DNA of 63,830 nucleotides, filler included, from Rozella allomycis CSF55 (Eukaryota), in assembly GCA_000442015.1 (NCBI GenBank). It is 14 parts of 14 records of this genome, joined end to end, with 100 filler letters (N's around TTAATTAATTAA, not from the genome) between each part and the next. Parts side by side here need not be neighbours in the genome. Positions count along the whole stretch, not along the records: positions 39,683 to 46,738 come from KE560557.1; positions 46,839 to 55,797 come from KE560560.1; 12 more parts are not named here. One strand, written 5' to 3'. A program made the translations under genes and the position numbers. Below are positions 39,884-52,300 of the stretch, piece after piece; positions within the stretch are counted from its first letter, which is position 1; each line of letters begins with the position of its first letter. A model generated the notes under the pieces. The model was not told the origin of the DNA. It saw only the letters and a program-made list of their open reading frames with translations, and did not search any database.

Positions 39884-40300
39884 TTCATTTTTGCACTGTT
39901 CATTTTCCCACCCACTTATTGTATACTAACCAAAACAGAATGATTATTTTTTGTGTAATTATTGGGAATTATCAGTTGATAAATTGATAATCAACCATAT
40001 TACAAAATATGTAGGTAATTCATTTAATGTCTTAGGCTGTACAGTTAGCACCTATTCGAATCTCCATTTAAACCCAGCAGGTGCAGCCTGTAGGCTGTAG
40101 TAAGATTTACCTGAACTCAGTTCACATTTGGTTCCACAATTATTGGGTTTTATTACTTTTGCAGTCGAAGATGACTATGCTTAATCACATTCGTATTTTG
40201 TTCCTTTCTATAGAAACTAAAATAATGAATAGGAAAGAGGAGAGATTCATGCGTAAAATATATTTAAGCGGTTTTGAAATTTCGATAAACGCGTAAACTG

Positions 40301-40927
40301 ATGCAGGACATTATTGCAAACGAAGAACATATAAGATTTGATTTCGAGCCTTTTGTAAAAGAGCAGCTTGGTCTCTCAATTGGAGAAAATGCCAGAAAAC
40401 GTAAATAAACGATATTTTTGCTAATAGGCGAGGTTTGTAAATATTTTTTGAAAGGACATTGCCCTAACGGCTCCAAATGCCTATATCGGCATAACAAAGG
40501 AGAAAGATCGGTTGTCTGCAAACACTGGATCAGGAGTTTATGCAAAAAGGGCGACTCTTGCGAATTTCTGCATGAAATGAATCGCAATAAGATGCCAGAA
40601 TGTGTAAAATTTTCTATGCTGATTAATATAGTATTTTTACACTCAGTATAAGCAGTGTACTAACCCAGAATGTTATTATTTACATGTAGACCCAGATGCA
40701 AAAAGGAAAATATGTGTCTGGTACTCGAAAGGTTTTTGTAAGCATGGTATTAAACTAATCGTCTCCTTAATTTAATAGGTCCCAGTTGCCGCGGTAAGCA
40801 TGTGAGAAAGGTTATTTGTCCCCTTTATCTGACTGGCTTTTGCCCAAGTGGTCCCGATTGTGAAAATGAGCAGTAATATTTTTAATTTATGCTTTTTAGT
40901 CCAAAATATGGCACTGAAGATAAATAA
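40301..40927 (+). CDS. YTH1: CPSF30/Yth1 CCCH zinc-finger polyadenylation factor
   Basis: VCKYFLKGHC, VVCKHWIRSLCKKGDSCEFLHE, CVWYSKGFCKHG, CPLYLTGFCP; four introns. Confidence 0.95.
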
Positions 40928-40966
40928 GATATGTTTTGAATGTAAAAATAAATTTGCAATTTGGAA

Positions 40967-40976
40967 TTTTCGCGCC
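40967..40976 (+). promoter_or_regulatory. E2F/SBF-like site TTTTCGCGCC upstream of PLK4
   Basis: Matches TTTSSCGC and the SCB reverse complement, about 38 bp before the ATG, in an AT-rich spacer. Confidence 0.45.
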
Positions 40977-41013
40977 ATTATTGTTTTCAGTTTTCACACT
41001 TTCTGAAAGTCCG

Positions 41014-43093
41014 ATGGTACGAACATAATCCTGAGATAAACAAGACCAAATATTATTCCTTTGGTAAATTACTAGGAAAAGGAGCTTTCGGAAATGTCTA
41101 CGAAGCTGAAGCTCTCGTGAAACGATTTCGAGTTAAACAGGGAGACCAGGTAGCAATAAAAGTGGTAAAATATATTTTGAAATGTAAATAATAAGATAAG
41201 TCTTGTTCCGCCTTATGCATCTTTATTAGAACGAGTTAAAAATGAAATAAGAATAATGTCACAATTGTCGCATCCCAATGTGCTAGCGATTCTTGACTAC
41301 TACGAAGATGATAATAATGTGTACATTGTTATGGAAAAATGCTCCAAAGGAGAGCTTTTCGCTCATATGAGAAGACTAAAACGGCCATTAAAAGAGGACG
41401 AAGCTGTTGAGGTTTTCCGACAAGTTGCATTAGGAGTGCAATACCTTCACAGCAAAAATATAATACACAGAGATTTAAAATGTTCGAATATTTTGTTAAA
41501 TGAGAACATGCAAGCGGTAAGTATTCCAAATAGATATCATAGAAAATCGCTGATTTTGGATTAGCTGTAATTGTTAAGGATGATTGTGAACAAAAAACCA
41601 TGTGTGGAACATTGAGTTATATCTCTCCGTAAAAATATTTCTTTGTAATTAGTAGTGAAATCGTAACTAGAAAGCCATACGGTATAGCGACTGATATTTG
41701 GTCGCTGGGATGCATTCTTTATACCCTAGTGGCTGGTTGCCCGCCATTTCACGTATTAATTATTACTCTTAGAAATAGTCCGACCCTAACAAAAAAGACC
41801 TTTCAAAGATTGCAGCGGCAGATTTCAAAGTCCCATCTTACTTTTCTCCACAGTTGACTGATCTTGTACAAAAATTGTTAAAGAAAAATCCCATCGATAG
41901 GCTTAAAATCCATCAAGTCTTGGAGCATCCGTTTCTAGCGAAAAAACTGCCGCCAAAACCTAAACCAGTCTCAGATTTATTTGAAATTTATTCAAGAAAA
42001 CGTAACCCTTGCCTCTTTAATTAATTTAAGAAACAGAATGTTCAAACTTGATTGATACACGGAGGTTAAAAGCCACAATTCAAGAGTCCAACAAAGCTGT
42101 CTTTCAGATATTTTCTAGTGGATTGGTGAAAGCGCACATTAAGAATGACAATTTCTCAATGATTATTTCAGCGGATGGCTTATTAGTAATATTTGTGCTA
42201 GCCGTGTTATAGATTTATCAATGCAAAAGAGACATTACAATACCTTCTAATGCTGACTCTAATTATTTAATTGGACATCCAGAATTAGTTTTAGATTATT
42301 TTACTTTTCATCAAGCTCCTCCACATATTCTATCTCGCTATCAATACATTAACAAATTCGTTCAATGCGTTCGATCCAAAACGCCTCAGGTGATTTTGTA
42401 CGAAGAAGAAGCCAAAATCACGTTGATGGAAAATAATCCCATTCCAGACTTGGAAGTTAGCTATTATGATAAGTCTTGTCGTATCAGAGTATCAAACACA
42501 TCTCAGAAAATTGTCCTAAAGTTGAGAAATCTGAGCGATACGTTTCCCCTTCCATTGAAAGAAATACCAATACAGTTAAAACCGTATTTAAACTACTTGG
42601 AGCAATCCTTTCTCAAAATATGCAAAGTAGATTTGTCTCAGGCTCAGCAATTCCCCATTGTTATTCAGAGGCATTTAAACCCTGCAATGAGCCCCACGAT
42701 GGCTAGAACTAATATGCTTAGTAACGAATTGGGACTTCAATCCTTTGTATTTGCGCGATCAGTAAATATTTGACTTTCGCATTAATAGTTTACTTCGCTG
42801 TTTCAAAGGCCGATTGAAAAGTGTGGATTTTTCAATGATCTTGGTTGGATATTTTCATTCAAGGATAGAGACCTTTACGTATTACTGTTTCGACAAGGCG
42901 ATGCGATTTGTGCTTCAATGCAGTATATTCATTATAAAACATCGACGGACAACACATTTAAAGAGTAATCATTGATATCTATATTTATAGGTATGCCCTG
43001 AATATGCATGGTATGCCTGACCAAGTGAAATCCCGATTAAGAGATTTGCATGCAGCAATCCAGTGGCTCAGCAACCATGACACGCCAGTATAA
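41014..43093 (+). CDS. PLK4: Polo-like kinase 4 (SAK)
   Basis: [23 protein letters not shown]; cryptic polo box [21 protein letters not shown]...[17 protein letters not shown]-terminal PB3 (FFNDLGW...MPDQVKSRL); nine small introns. Confidence 0.92.
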
Positions 43094-43721
43094 ATCGATG
43101 GGAGAGGATATTTGGAAGAACAAGACTGAGAAAATAGTAGACTCTTAAATAAACTTTTATTAGAATGCCGACTTGTTTGCTTTAACTTATGGTTCATTCA
43201 TATCTGAGCTGGTGAAAGACTATGAAGACTACAATGAGGTTAACAAACAGCTTGATCAAATGTAAGTATGTTTGGAATGTGTAATTTAGAGGATATAATA
43301 TTGGAGTGCGATTAATTGAAGAATTTCTGGCAAAGACTTCATTGTCTAGATGTACCGATTTCAAGGACACTGTTGAGATTATATCAAAAGTTGGATTCAA
43401 GATGTTTTTAAATGTGGCACCGAATGTTAATCAAGTTGATTCAGAGGGAAAAGAATTTTCGCTGGTTTTCGAGGAGAATCCATTGACAGAGTTTGTTGAA
43501 TTGCCTGATAATGCAAAGGATCTTAAGTACTGTGGAATACTTTGTGGGGTTATAAGAGGCGCATTGGAAATGGTAATAAAAGCATAGTGGATGTGAAATA
43601 GGTTCAATTGCAAGTGGAATGTCAAGTGGTTTCTTGTGTGACAAAAGGAGATGAAAATACAGAAATTAGAATCAAATTTATTAAAATAATGGAAGATGAA
43701 GTTCCTGCTGGAGAATCTTAA
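43077..43721 (+). CDS. BET3: TRAPP subunit Bet3
   Basis: [30 protein letters not shown]...[15 protein letters not shown]...[11 protein letters not shown]...[10 protein letters not shown]. Alternative start at 43098. Confidence 0.95.
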
Positions 43722-43775
43722 TAAATTAAACCTAAAATTGAACAGATTTTATTAATTGATCTTTAGTGAACAAAT

Positions 43776-46738
43776 CTACAGATTTTTCGCTTGTCCATTC
43801 TACTTTAATTTCCACTATTGTTATATTGGATCAAATATATTACCCGATGAATTATTGAGGTTTGGTGGGGAGGGTCTTGTGACCTTGGATGGATGGTTTA
43901 GCAAGCCCAGTAGACCAGTAGGCAACGTCCATAGTTTTAATGTACGATCCTGGATGCTCAATGAAAGCAAGTGTTTCCCTTCAGGTGAAAATGAAACCAG
44001 ATCAACTTGTTTCTCGTGACCCTTTAAAAGTGAAAGTGTATTAGAGGTTTTACTTGAATGGAAATTGCTTTAGTTGATGTTTTCAAATCGTAGACGGTGA
44101 TGTTTCCATTGTAGCCGCCGTAAGCCAATTTCTGGCTTGATTTATGAAACGCACAAAAATTGAAACTAGAATTCTTTAAAATTTAATTTTACCTTTTAAC
44201 GACATCGAAGAGTGCAGAAGTGACAAAGGGAATACAGGAATCTCTTTGAAGAGAATCGCTTGGATCCAAAAGCTTTATACAAAGCTCGATAACTAGCAGA
44301 ACATGATTGAGAATGCATTGAGGCGCTTTGACAACAATTAGATTAATCACTCTGACAATGGCTATTTTTTCCACGAGAGATTTTGCATTTAAACATAATT
44401 TTGCCAGGTAGGAAATCAATTGTACGTTGTGGTCGACCAGATGAACAAAAATTGACTTTGAGGCTTGGGCACATAGAAGAGAAAAAGTTCCCGGGGGCGC
44501 TGAAATCCACGAAACCAATTTTTGAATGAAAGATTCAATTTCAATGATATTCGACCAATCTTGGTATCTTTTTTCAATGATTTCTCCTGCGATAATCCCA
44601 TGATAAGTGATTTGCTCATCAAACACAATCGGTTTAAATTTATTAATAAACAAAGTTTTGTATTTCAAAGGGACGGATTCAATGGAAAAATAACACATGA
44701 ACCCAATTTGTAAAATGCCATGTTCCGAACCAATCTCTTCCCAATGCTTTAAAAATGAATCTTTTTGTTCTTCATTCAACAATTCAAAATATTCAGCGAG
44801 TAATTTTCTTGAATGAGTAAGAATTTCAACATTTGAATCTTCAAAGAAACATGTCAAATATTCAATCTCTTTAAGAAAGAATTTCAGATCAAATGAGAAA
44901 GAAAGTCCCAATAAGGATTTTAATAGAAATGGCTTTTGGAAAAAAGAAATTTTAAAAATGTCTAATTTTCTTTCTGCGTAAACAAAATTGTGTTTTGAAT
45001 TTATCGTTTGAAAAATTTCTAATAAAAATTGGCGGTTTGTTGAAAGCAAATTTCGAACATCAAATTCTAAGAATGAAATATCAAAAATATTCAAGCTTAA
45101 TTTCTTTACCTGAATTGCAATCAATAATTGAAAGGAATTCATTCACGACACAGGTTTTCAATTTGCCAAATCTATTTAAGACAATAAAATGTTCTACTCG
45201 CAAATCAATTCACATGACGCTAAAATTTCTTCCTTTGTGTCCATCCACATAATTGGAGTCTGAACCCCCGTTTCCAACTATTGTTGCCTCAAAGTGTTAC
45301 AAAGATTACGTTAATGCAAGTCAAATTTCCATCTGAAAACTCAAAAAAGAAACATTCGACTTGATTATTAAAATAAACAGAATTTATAGTCTTCTTGGCG
45401 CAAGGGATGGTAAACAAGCTAATGAAAATGGAAAATTCTATTTACGCTACACAGGGGTTCACTCTGACAAATGAAATGGTTGAGTCTCTAGATCTAACTA
45501 GAATTACTTGAAAAGATTCATCTTCTCTTTTTATTTGAATAGGAACAATGTCAGTTATTTCGTTTTGATGATCTAAAAGTCTCGTCTTTACTGTCCCATC
45601 AATACAAAATAACGTTCCATCCTCTGTTCCCATAAATTCAAGTTTGCCATTAGTAGATGAAACCTGTAAGTAGGCTGTCACAGTACATGACATTCTACAA
45701 TCGTCATGTAGTTCATTCAATATTCTTTCAACCTTTAATTTATATGATTGATCACATTCATATGTTATTAAATAAATTTTATTACGATTTAAAATTATTT
45801 CTTCATTTGATGCTTTAATGGCTTTGAATGGCCAGGGTCGTTTACTTAAATTAAAAGTTTTATCTTTTAGAACAAATTTTATGCATTCATCATATTCGTA
45901 TATCTTTAACGGATTATGCAATACACAATCATCTTCTACATTCAAGTTTTCAGGTAATTCCATCAATGAGTTCCAAGACACCAAACTTGTGCCAAAGTAT
46001 ATTCCCATAAATGTTACAGTATTTTTTGAATCCAATGATCTCACAGTCGTGGAGTTCTCTTTGCCGACTGTCTACAGTTTAAATGGATCAGACAAACGAT
46101 ACCTTGATCGCATCATTCGTAACAATCATAAACTCTCTATTATATTCTATAATCTTTTTAGCTTCAGGTATATTCTCCTGCCACTTGACCACAAACTCAT
46201 TCTCGTCAAACCCTTTGAATTCAACAATCATAGTCACATCATCCATGACAATTCCAAGATTATCATCAAATCCACAAACAGATCTACAGTTGCTATTCAT
46301 TATTTTCTTTCTATTAACATCATCCGAAATTTAGTACATGCATTTATGTGAATTAATAGAGATTATCCTCAAAACATTACTTTGGGCAATTATAATCCAT
46401 TCTCCAATCATACACACATCTGTAATATCATTTAAATTTGTTTCAATATTCTTTTCACAAGAATAATCATAAAGACTCCAAATTGCTATTCCTCTGATTA
46501 CGTAAAGCATTATTACCTACCCATTTCTCGAAACTGAAACCAACTTGTCATTATTTTCTGCTAAAAATATAATTTCGCTCTGATACAGCAGCACGTAGTG
46601 CAGCCTATCATTCATAATAATTGCTACATGGCCATTTTTTGAGCCAAGCGTTATTCGTTGATCAATTTTGCTATAATAAACATATGATATTTTAAAATCG
46701 GTACAAAGAGACTCTTTTTCGATGCAAGATGTTGAAAA
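43776..46738 (-). CDS. WDR7/Rabconnectin-3beta-like WD40 protein, 5'-truncated
   Basis: KLLDPSDSLQRDSCIPFVT, AFHKSSQKLAYG..VYDLKT, GHEKQVDLVSFSPEGKHL match the WDR7 C-terminus. Confidence 0.75.
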
Positions 46739-46838
46739 NNNNNNNNNNNNNNNNNNNNNNNNNNNNNNNNNNNNNNNNNNNNTTAATTAATTAANNNNNN
46801 NNNNNNNNNNNNNNNNNNNNNNNNNNNNNNNNNNNNNN

Positions 46839-47495
46839 GATTTAGGAGAAGGGGTATCATTTGGCAGTAAGAAGTAAACTGTCAAAGCAAAGACAATGGA
46901 TAATATTATAATTAAATAGTTAATGGTCGGGAAAAGGCGAGTATTCGATACTCCAAGTGAAATCATGCCATACGCAATCTATTTAAGAAATTGTCTAATA
47001 CTTACAGTTCCCCATAGTCGTTGGCGTCCATACAACTCTTTTGAACCACCGGGAATTTCCATTAGCCACTTCAACATTCTAGCATCAAGCACGGGTATTA
47101 TAGCTGATACAAAGAAGACGTAAAATCCAGAAACTGTAGATGCCCACATCATAGTCTCGGTCTTTCCATTAATATCAATAAGCATAAGTTGAAATAAAGC
47201 AGCAGAAACCAAGACTGTCACAATTAAAGTAACCTTTGGGCGCCCAAGCCGGTCCGTAAGATAGGACCAAGTGTATGCCGCGAAAAATGAAACAAGTGAA
47301 AGAAGTGCAGCAATTATACCATAATCTTTTGTGTCAATACCATATCTTTGATTCAAGTATTTGGGCCTAAAAGTCTACTTGATATACAATTGAAACACTT
47401 ACGTAGCAAGAGAAATATGCCAAGTTCATGGTAAAGTAAAGGAGCTTGGGTATAATAAGGTACTTTTGACATAAAGACTTGATTTTGCTGCTCAT
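46839..47495 (-). CDS. MFS transporter (MFSD6-like), 3'-truncated
   Basis: PKLLYF, WSYLTDRLGRPK, YGRQRLWGTIAYG. Confidence 0.85.
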
Positions 47496-47703
47496 CTGGT
47501 TAAGTAGGTGGCTTGGATTGGCATTCACGTTGTGTGGGGTAATCGATTGAACTGGAAACGACAGATTTTTCCTAATTAAATATCTTAATTTAGTAAATTG
47601 ACGGCGTGCAATATTAAATCTTTACCAAAAAGGAAATGTTTTCAAAGTGATAAAAAGTGGCAAAACTCATTCGCATATAAAATTTGGTCTATTTATTGAT
47701 TTT

Positions 47704-48540
47704 TCACGATTTATCAAAATAAGGAACTCCTTCGATTGGTAAGTTTTGAACCTTTCCTGAAAACTTGCTATGATGAACAGTGGAGATATGCTGTTTTAAA
47801 TTGTCTTTTCTGCTAAAGAACTTATCGCAAAATTCACATCCAAATGGTTTTAGTTTTGAATGTGTCGCTTCATGTCTTGTCAGGTGTTCTTTCCTCTTGA
47901 AGGACCTATTACACATTTGGCAAGTTAAAGATACAGATCCTCTTTTTCCAAGAATAAAATTCTTCTTTTCTATTGGTGATAAAGCTGATTTTGATGTCTC
48001 AGTTGGGGAATTCAGATCCATTGAATTGTTACTGTTATCACTCTCCCTATTAAGAGAGCTATTTTGCCAAGAAACGAATCCATTGTTAATTTGCAGCATT
48101 TCAAGACCATGAGTTGCGTTCCTTTCATCTCTTTTTATACTTCTTTGTAGTAGATCTTGAAAATCAACAGTAGGCCAAAAGAATAACTTTTGCTTCTTCC
48201 TAGTCCTAATGCAGCCAATTTCGTTCAAAGTATTTATTATTTCATTGCTTGGATCTACCAACATTGCGTCTTTGCCTATTTTGTAGATTCGTAGATCTGA
48301 AAAAACACCTTCTTCAAACTTTTTCTGATCTTTAATTTGTGTAGACGTATTCTCTTGATAAAAATATTCTATCACTTTAAGAATATCTGTTCCAGTAACT
48401 ACTAATTGATTTTGATATCTGATACAATTCACAATTGATTGATCTGGTAGGATTATACCGCGGCTCACTTCATTATCTTGCCAATCCAATGTTATTGCTG
48501 TATGGGCAATTAAAAACTCTTCAAATGTTGTTACGGACAT
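47704..48540 (-). CDS. STE12: Ste12/SteA transcription factor (STE domain + two C2H2 fingers)
   Basis: VTGTDILK, KKFEEGVFSDLR, CIRTRKKQKLFFW; CQMC...HEATH and CEFC...HISTVH. Confidence 0.92.
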   Translation of the reverse strand: MSVTTFEEFLIAHTAITLDWQDNEVSRGIILPDQSIVNCIRYQNQLVVTGTDILKVIEYFYQENTSTQIKDQKKFEEGVFSDLRIYKIGKDAMLVDPSNEIINTLNEIGCIRTRKKQKLFFWPTVDFQDLLQRSIKRDERNATHGLEMLQINNGFVSWQNSSLNRESDNSNNSMDLNSPTETSKSALSPIEKKNFILGKRGSVSLTCQMCNRSFKRKEHLTRHEATHSKLKPFGCEFCDKFFSRKDNLKQHISTVHHSKFSGKVQNLPIEGVPYFDKS

Positions 48541-48599
48541 ATCCGTATCCAAGGGAATTTTTTTTGGGAATAATTTACATGGACAATAGAAATTTCCAA

Positions 48600-48863
48600 A
48601 TGCCCTTTGTAAAAGAAATGGGTGAAGTACCAATTGTGGTGCGCAGAAATCTAGTGAGAAAAATTCAGAGGCAAAAAGATGAAGCAAATGAAGAAGCTAA
48701 AAAAGCTGAAATAAACCAGGAACTTGAATTTTTACAGGATCAAGTTCAGCTTCTTAAAAAAGAAAAGGAATCTTTATTCATAAAGTTGAAAGAAGTAATT
48801 AAATTGGAGCAAGGTATAAAGTATGTTGTTTATTGACTAGGAAAGAAAAAGACTCTAGAATAG
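48600..48863 (+). CDS. Small coiled-coil protein resembling the GPS2 N-terminus
   Basis: LQDQVQLLKKEKESLFIKLKEVIKLE aligns by eye to GPS2 LEEKLLALQEEKHQLFLQLKKVLHEE; one 27-nt intron. Confidence 0.5.
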
Positions 48864-48942
48864 CAGCAAAGTACTTCTCTAGGCCAATCCCAATGTAGAG
48901 CTCAATTTTGTATTATGTATTTATATTTATGAATAAATTAAA

Positions 48943-50516
48943 TTAAACAACTTTATAATATAACATGTAAGCTGTTAATCGAGTTACTTCCCTGATATCA
49001 ACTTTAGTCACCATATGGTCGTCCATTCTAAACCACTTTATCTAAAAAAACTTTCAAGGTTACCTGCTTCATAAATTTAAGGTACGCAGTGTAATGTCCA
49101 TTATCGACAGTACCAACATGATGAATAACAGCGAAGAGCTCATACTTGTGATCATTTGCTATTCTAAAATCATATTTTTTATTCAAAATTACTCTGATGT
49201 TGATGAATATTTCGAAACATTCATTTCTGTAGGATAACTCACAAAAGTATCAATTTTGGTAGTGCTTAATGCAGTGTGTTCAAATCGCTTTAAGTGGAGG
49301 CATAGAACCGGTGGAAATTTGTGAAAAGAGAGCTTGCGAGAGCAATTGTTTTGACTGCATTTATTGCACGCATAAGTATTTCCAAGCCTTTCTTCTGCTG
49401 TGAAGCGTGCTAGGCAATCGGATAAGCAATGAATTCTTGACAAGCCAAGTTCATTAAATGATTGGCCATTATTTGAATTTTTGACATTTAAGGATAAAGA
49501 AATATCAATGAAGGATTCAAAAGAATTCGTTGTCGCGCCGCATTCAAAACAAGTTACTGTGGAACAAAGTGTCCCCGCAAATGATTTGTGCATCACACAC
49601 GAACAATTTTCAGAATTTTCATTATGGCCTAGTTCCTTGCAATGATTTTTATGAACTCCATCCACCATGCAAATAAAAAATTCGTGGGCATCTTGCTGGT
49701 CGTATCCTACTAGTTCTTTTGACGTCAGCCATATGCTGTAAAGAAATCTATGCGTGCTGATGGGGGCTATATCTCCTGAATAATACTATATCCAAGAAAC
49801 AAATCTTATTACGGCTTCGAACAGCATATCCAACTCACATGTTATGCAAATGCTTGAATCTGATTCTTTATTACCGCATTTATCAGAAGCCACATGACTT
49901 TCTTCAAGGAAAAAATTCTTTAAAATTGGGTTATTGAAACAGGCCTGAAGGACACAATTCATGAAGCATGTTTGTCCCAAATTGTACAGACCGCGTAAAC
50001 CTTTATAATAGTAATGCCAATATCATACCTGAGCATTTTAACGCTTCAAAGTTTTCATCCAAAGTCATCATGGTATTAAGTTTAGTTGAATTGCTAGAAT
50101 TTATTTCGTTTGATTTCACCTTGCAAAAATTTGGTTCGATTATACATTTTTTGCAAAGAGCACATTCAATGACAAGTGATTCTAAATCAACCACTTTTGA
50201 ATATCTAATAATTCCACTTACAAATCGGGTGTTGATTGGTTCTCGAATGAGACAGCCAATGTTCCTTTCTAACACAGGCTAAATATACACAGTGAAGACA
50301 GGCCAGTAATCTCGATCCTGTTAATTTACAAGATGAACAAGCAGGTCTGGGAGTACTAACCTAAAAATATCGTTGACTAAGTTTAACTACCTCGCTATAG
50401 CGTCGCTTTTTATAGGCGCTTAACGAATATCTGACTATTGATGCGTAATTATCTAACAATTTCTGGTTTTGATTAGCTAAAATCTCGTTATGTGAACATG
50501 TCACAAGTGTTTGCAT
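48943..50516 (-). CDS. UBP8: Ubp8/USP22 SAGA deubiquitinase
   Basis: ZnF-UBP, GLRGLYNLGQTCFMNCVLQ, GYDQQDAHEF, LCLHLKRFEH, HVGTVDNGHY; six introns. Confidence 0.92.
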
Positions 50517-50633
50517 TCCCCTGCAAGGGTGACCACAATGCTCTTGGTAATTGGTATTGTGTATTTTAATTCTATACCTAACGTAAATATGAATAAGAGA
50601 AAAAAATCTTGTTAATTTGTTTTGGCAACGAAA

Positions 50634-51100
50634 ATGGGATGCGGTGCATCAAAAAATGCCAACAACGCTATCAACCCGCTAAAAATAGAAGGTACAAAAA
50701 TTATTCGGCTTAAATTATTGAAAAACCGGTTGCATTCGAAATCCCAGTCGATGATGTCAAGGTGAAATCAAAGAAACCGCTTACAGCTGAATCTGAAGAG
50801 CGCTTAAATCGAGAAAGGGAACAATTGGAAAAACTAAAAGTGAAAATGGAAGAAAAGAATAAACTAGTGGAGGAAAACAGGCAGAGAGAATTAGAAAAAA
50901 AGGCGGCAAGACAAGAAGAACGAGAGAAAAAGAGAGAAAAAGTTTTGGAAAAAAAGAGGGAGAATGAAGAAAGTGGAATTGGTGGAGATGACATAAGTAT
51001 TGGCGGATCTAGAGTATCGTTGTCCAAAGACCTAAAGCCTGTAAAGCCGCCCTCTAATTATGGGAGCAAAGCATCAATTTCAACAGGACCTCAACAATAA
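50634..51100 (+). CDS. Dually acylated (MGCGAS) stathmin-domain-like coiled-coil protein
   Basis: Myristoylation/palmitoylation start, VAFEIP, charged helix; one intron required (50692-50720). Confidence 0.6.
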
Positions 51101-51144
51101 ACGTCTATTTCACAAAAAATTAATATGTAGATCATTTATATAAT

Positions 51145-52203
51145 TTAAAGTTCTAAAATTTCTGCCCGATATCGCATTTCAGGATTTTCTATCATTTTCT
51201 TTGCTTTCATAATTTGTAGCTCAAGATATTTGCGACTGTCCTTAAATGACAATGATCTCAGTTCAACATTATCATTATTAGCGAGCCAACGTCCTTCCTT
51301 TTCCGTTGTCTGCAATATGAATTGCATGACTGAAATTGTGGCCTCTAGGGCTTCCTTTAAGAACTTATATTGTTCCAAGTATGCTGAAAATAAAGCAACA
51401 AAAAGGTCTCCTGTTCCCGTGAAACTTGACTGATATTTTTCCATCCTGATTTTGTAGTAAATAGTCGCTCCTAGTAACATTAAGACGAGATAAGTACCAT
51501 CTGCTGACTTTTCTCCAGCAACTAAGGTTAGGTATTCACCTTCATCAATGCTAGTAATAATGGCAATATTCAAATTTAAATATTCAGCAAAAAAATATTT
51601 CAGAACATCAAATCCATCGGCTGCTTTGTCTATTTTTTTGTTCGATAACCATCTTTTAAATGGTTTTTGTTTGAATTACTCCGCTTCATATTGATTTGGG
51701 GTGATGATGTCCGCAAGCTTTAAAAGCGAATTGGTATAAACTGGAATATTTTCTTTATCGACATACATTATTCCATTATCCCCTATGACAGGGTCAAGGA
51801 CTGGAATTTAAGTTTGAAAACATTACTATATTTGGTTTTTGGATTCTTGAATCTGGTGATTTTTATGAAATCTGCTATTTCAATTAAGCATTCGGGTGAT
51901 TTAACATAGCCTGTAATAATATGGGTATATCTTTGAGTTAATGCATTCTCCACCAATGAATTTAGGATTTCCTTCATTTCATGGGCGCTAGTAACTGAAC
52001 CAGAGGAATTTCCGTATCCTTTTAACAACCATATATATTTTATACCTGTATGAAAAGAGAATTGAACAGTATTTATAGAATCGACTTCATGGCCTAAAAT
52101 ATGAAGAGGGGCAACAGCGCATTTGTTTCCTGGAATTAATTTGGATGTAAAAAGTACCCACATATCCAAAAACAACATGACTTTGAATTGATAGTACTTT
52201 CAT
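51145..52203 (-). CDS. PDXK: Pyridoxal kinase
   Basis: [53 protein letters not shown]. Confidence 0.95.
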
Positions 52204-52300
52204 GTTCTCAATTGACAATTCCAAAATTTATGATTGAATTAGGTATCCATCTATAATTTCAAATAATATCAAATATTTATTTAGAATTATTTTGATTTAC

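Noticed and set aside
39712-39987. 91-aa ORF
   Set aside because: Spans the tRNA-Phe gene; spurious.
40025-40110. Stem-rich segment between tRNA-Phe and YTH1
   Set aside because: Only short stems; no recognisable ncRNA motif.
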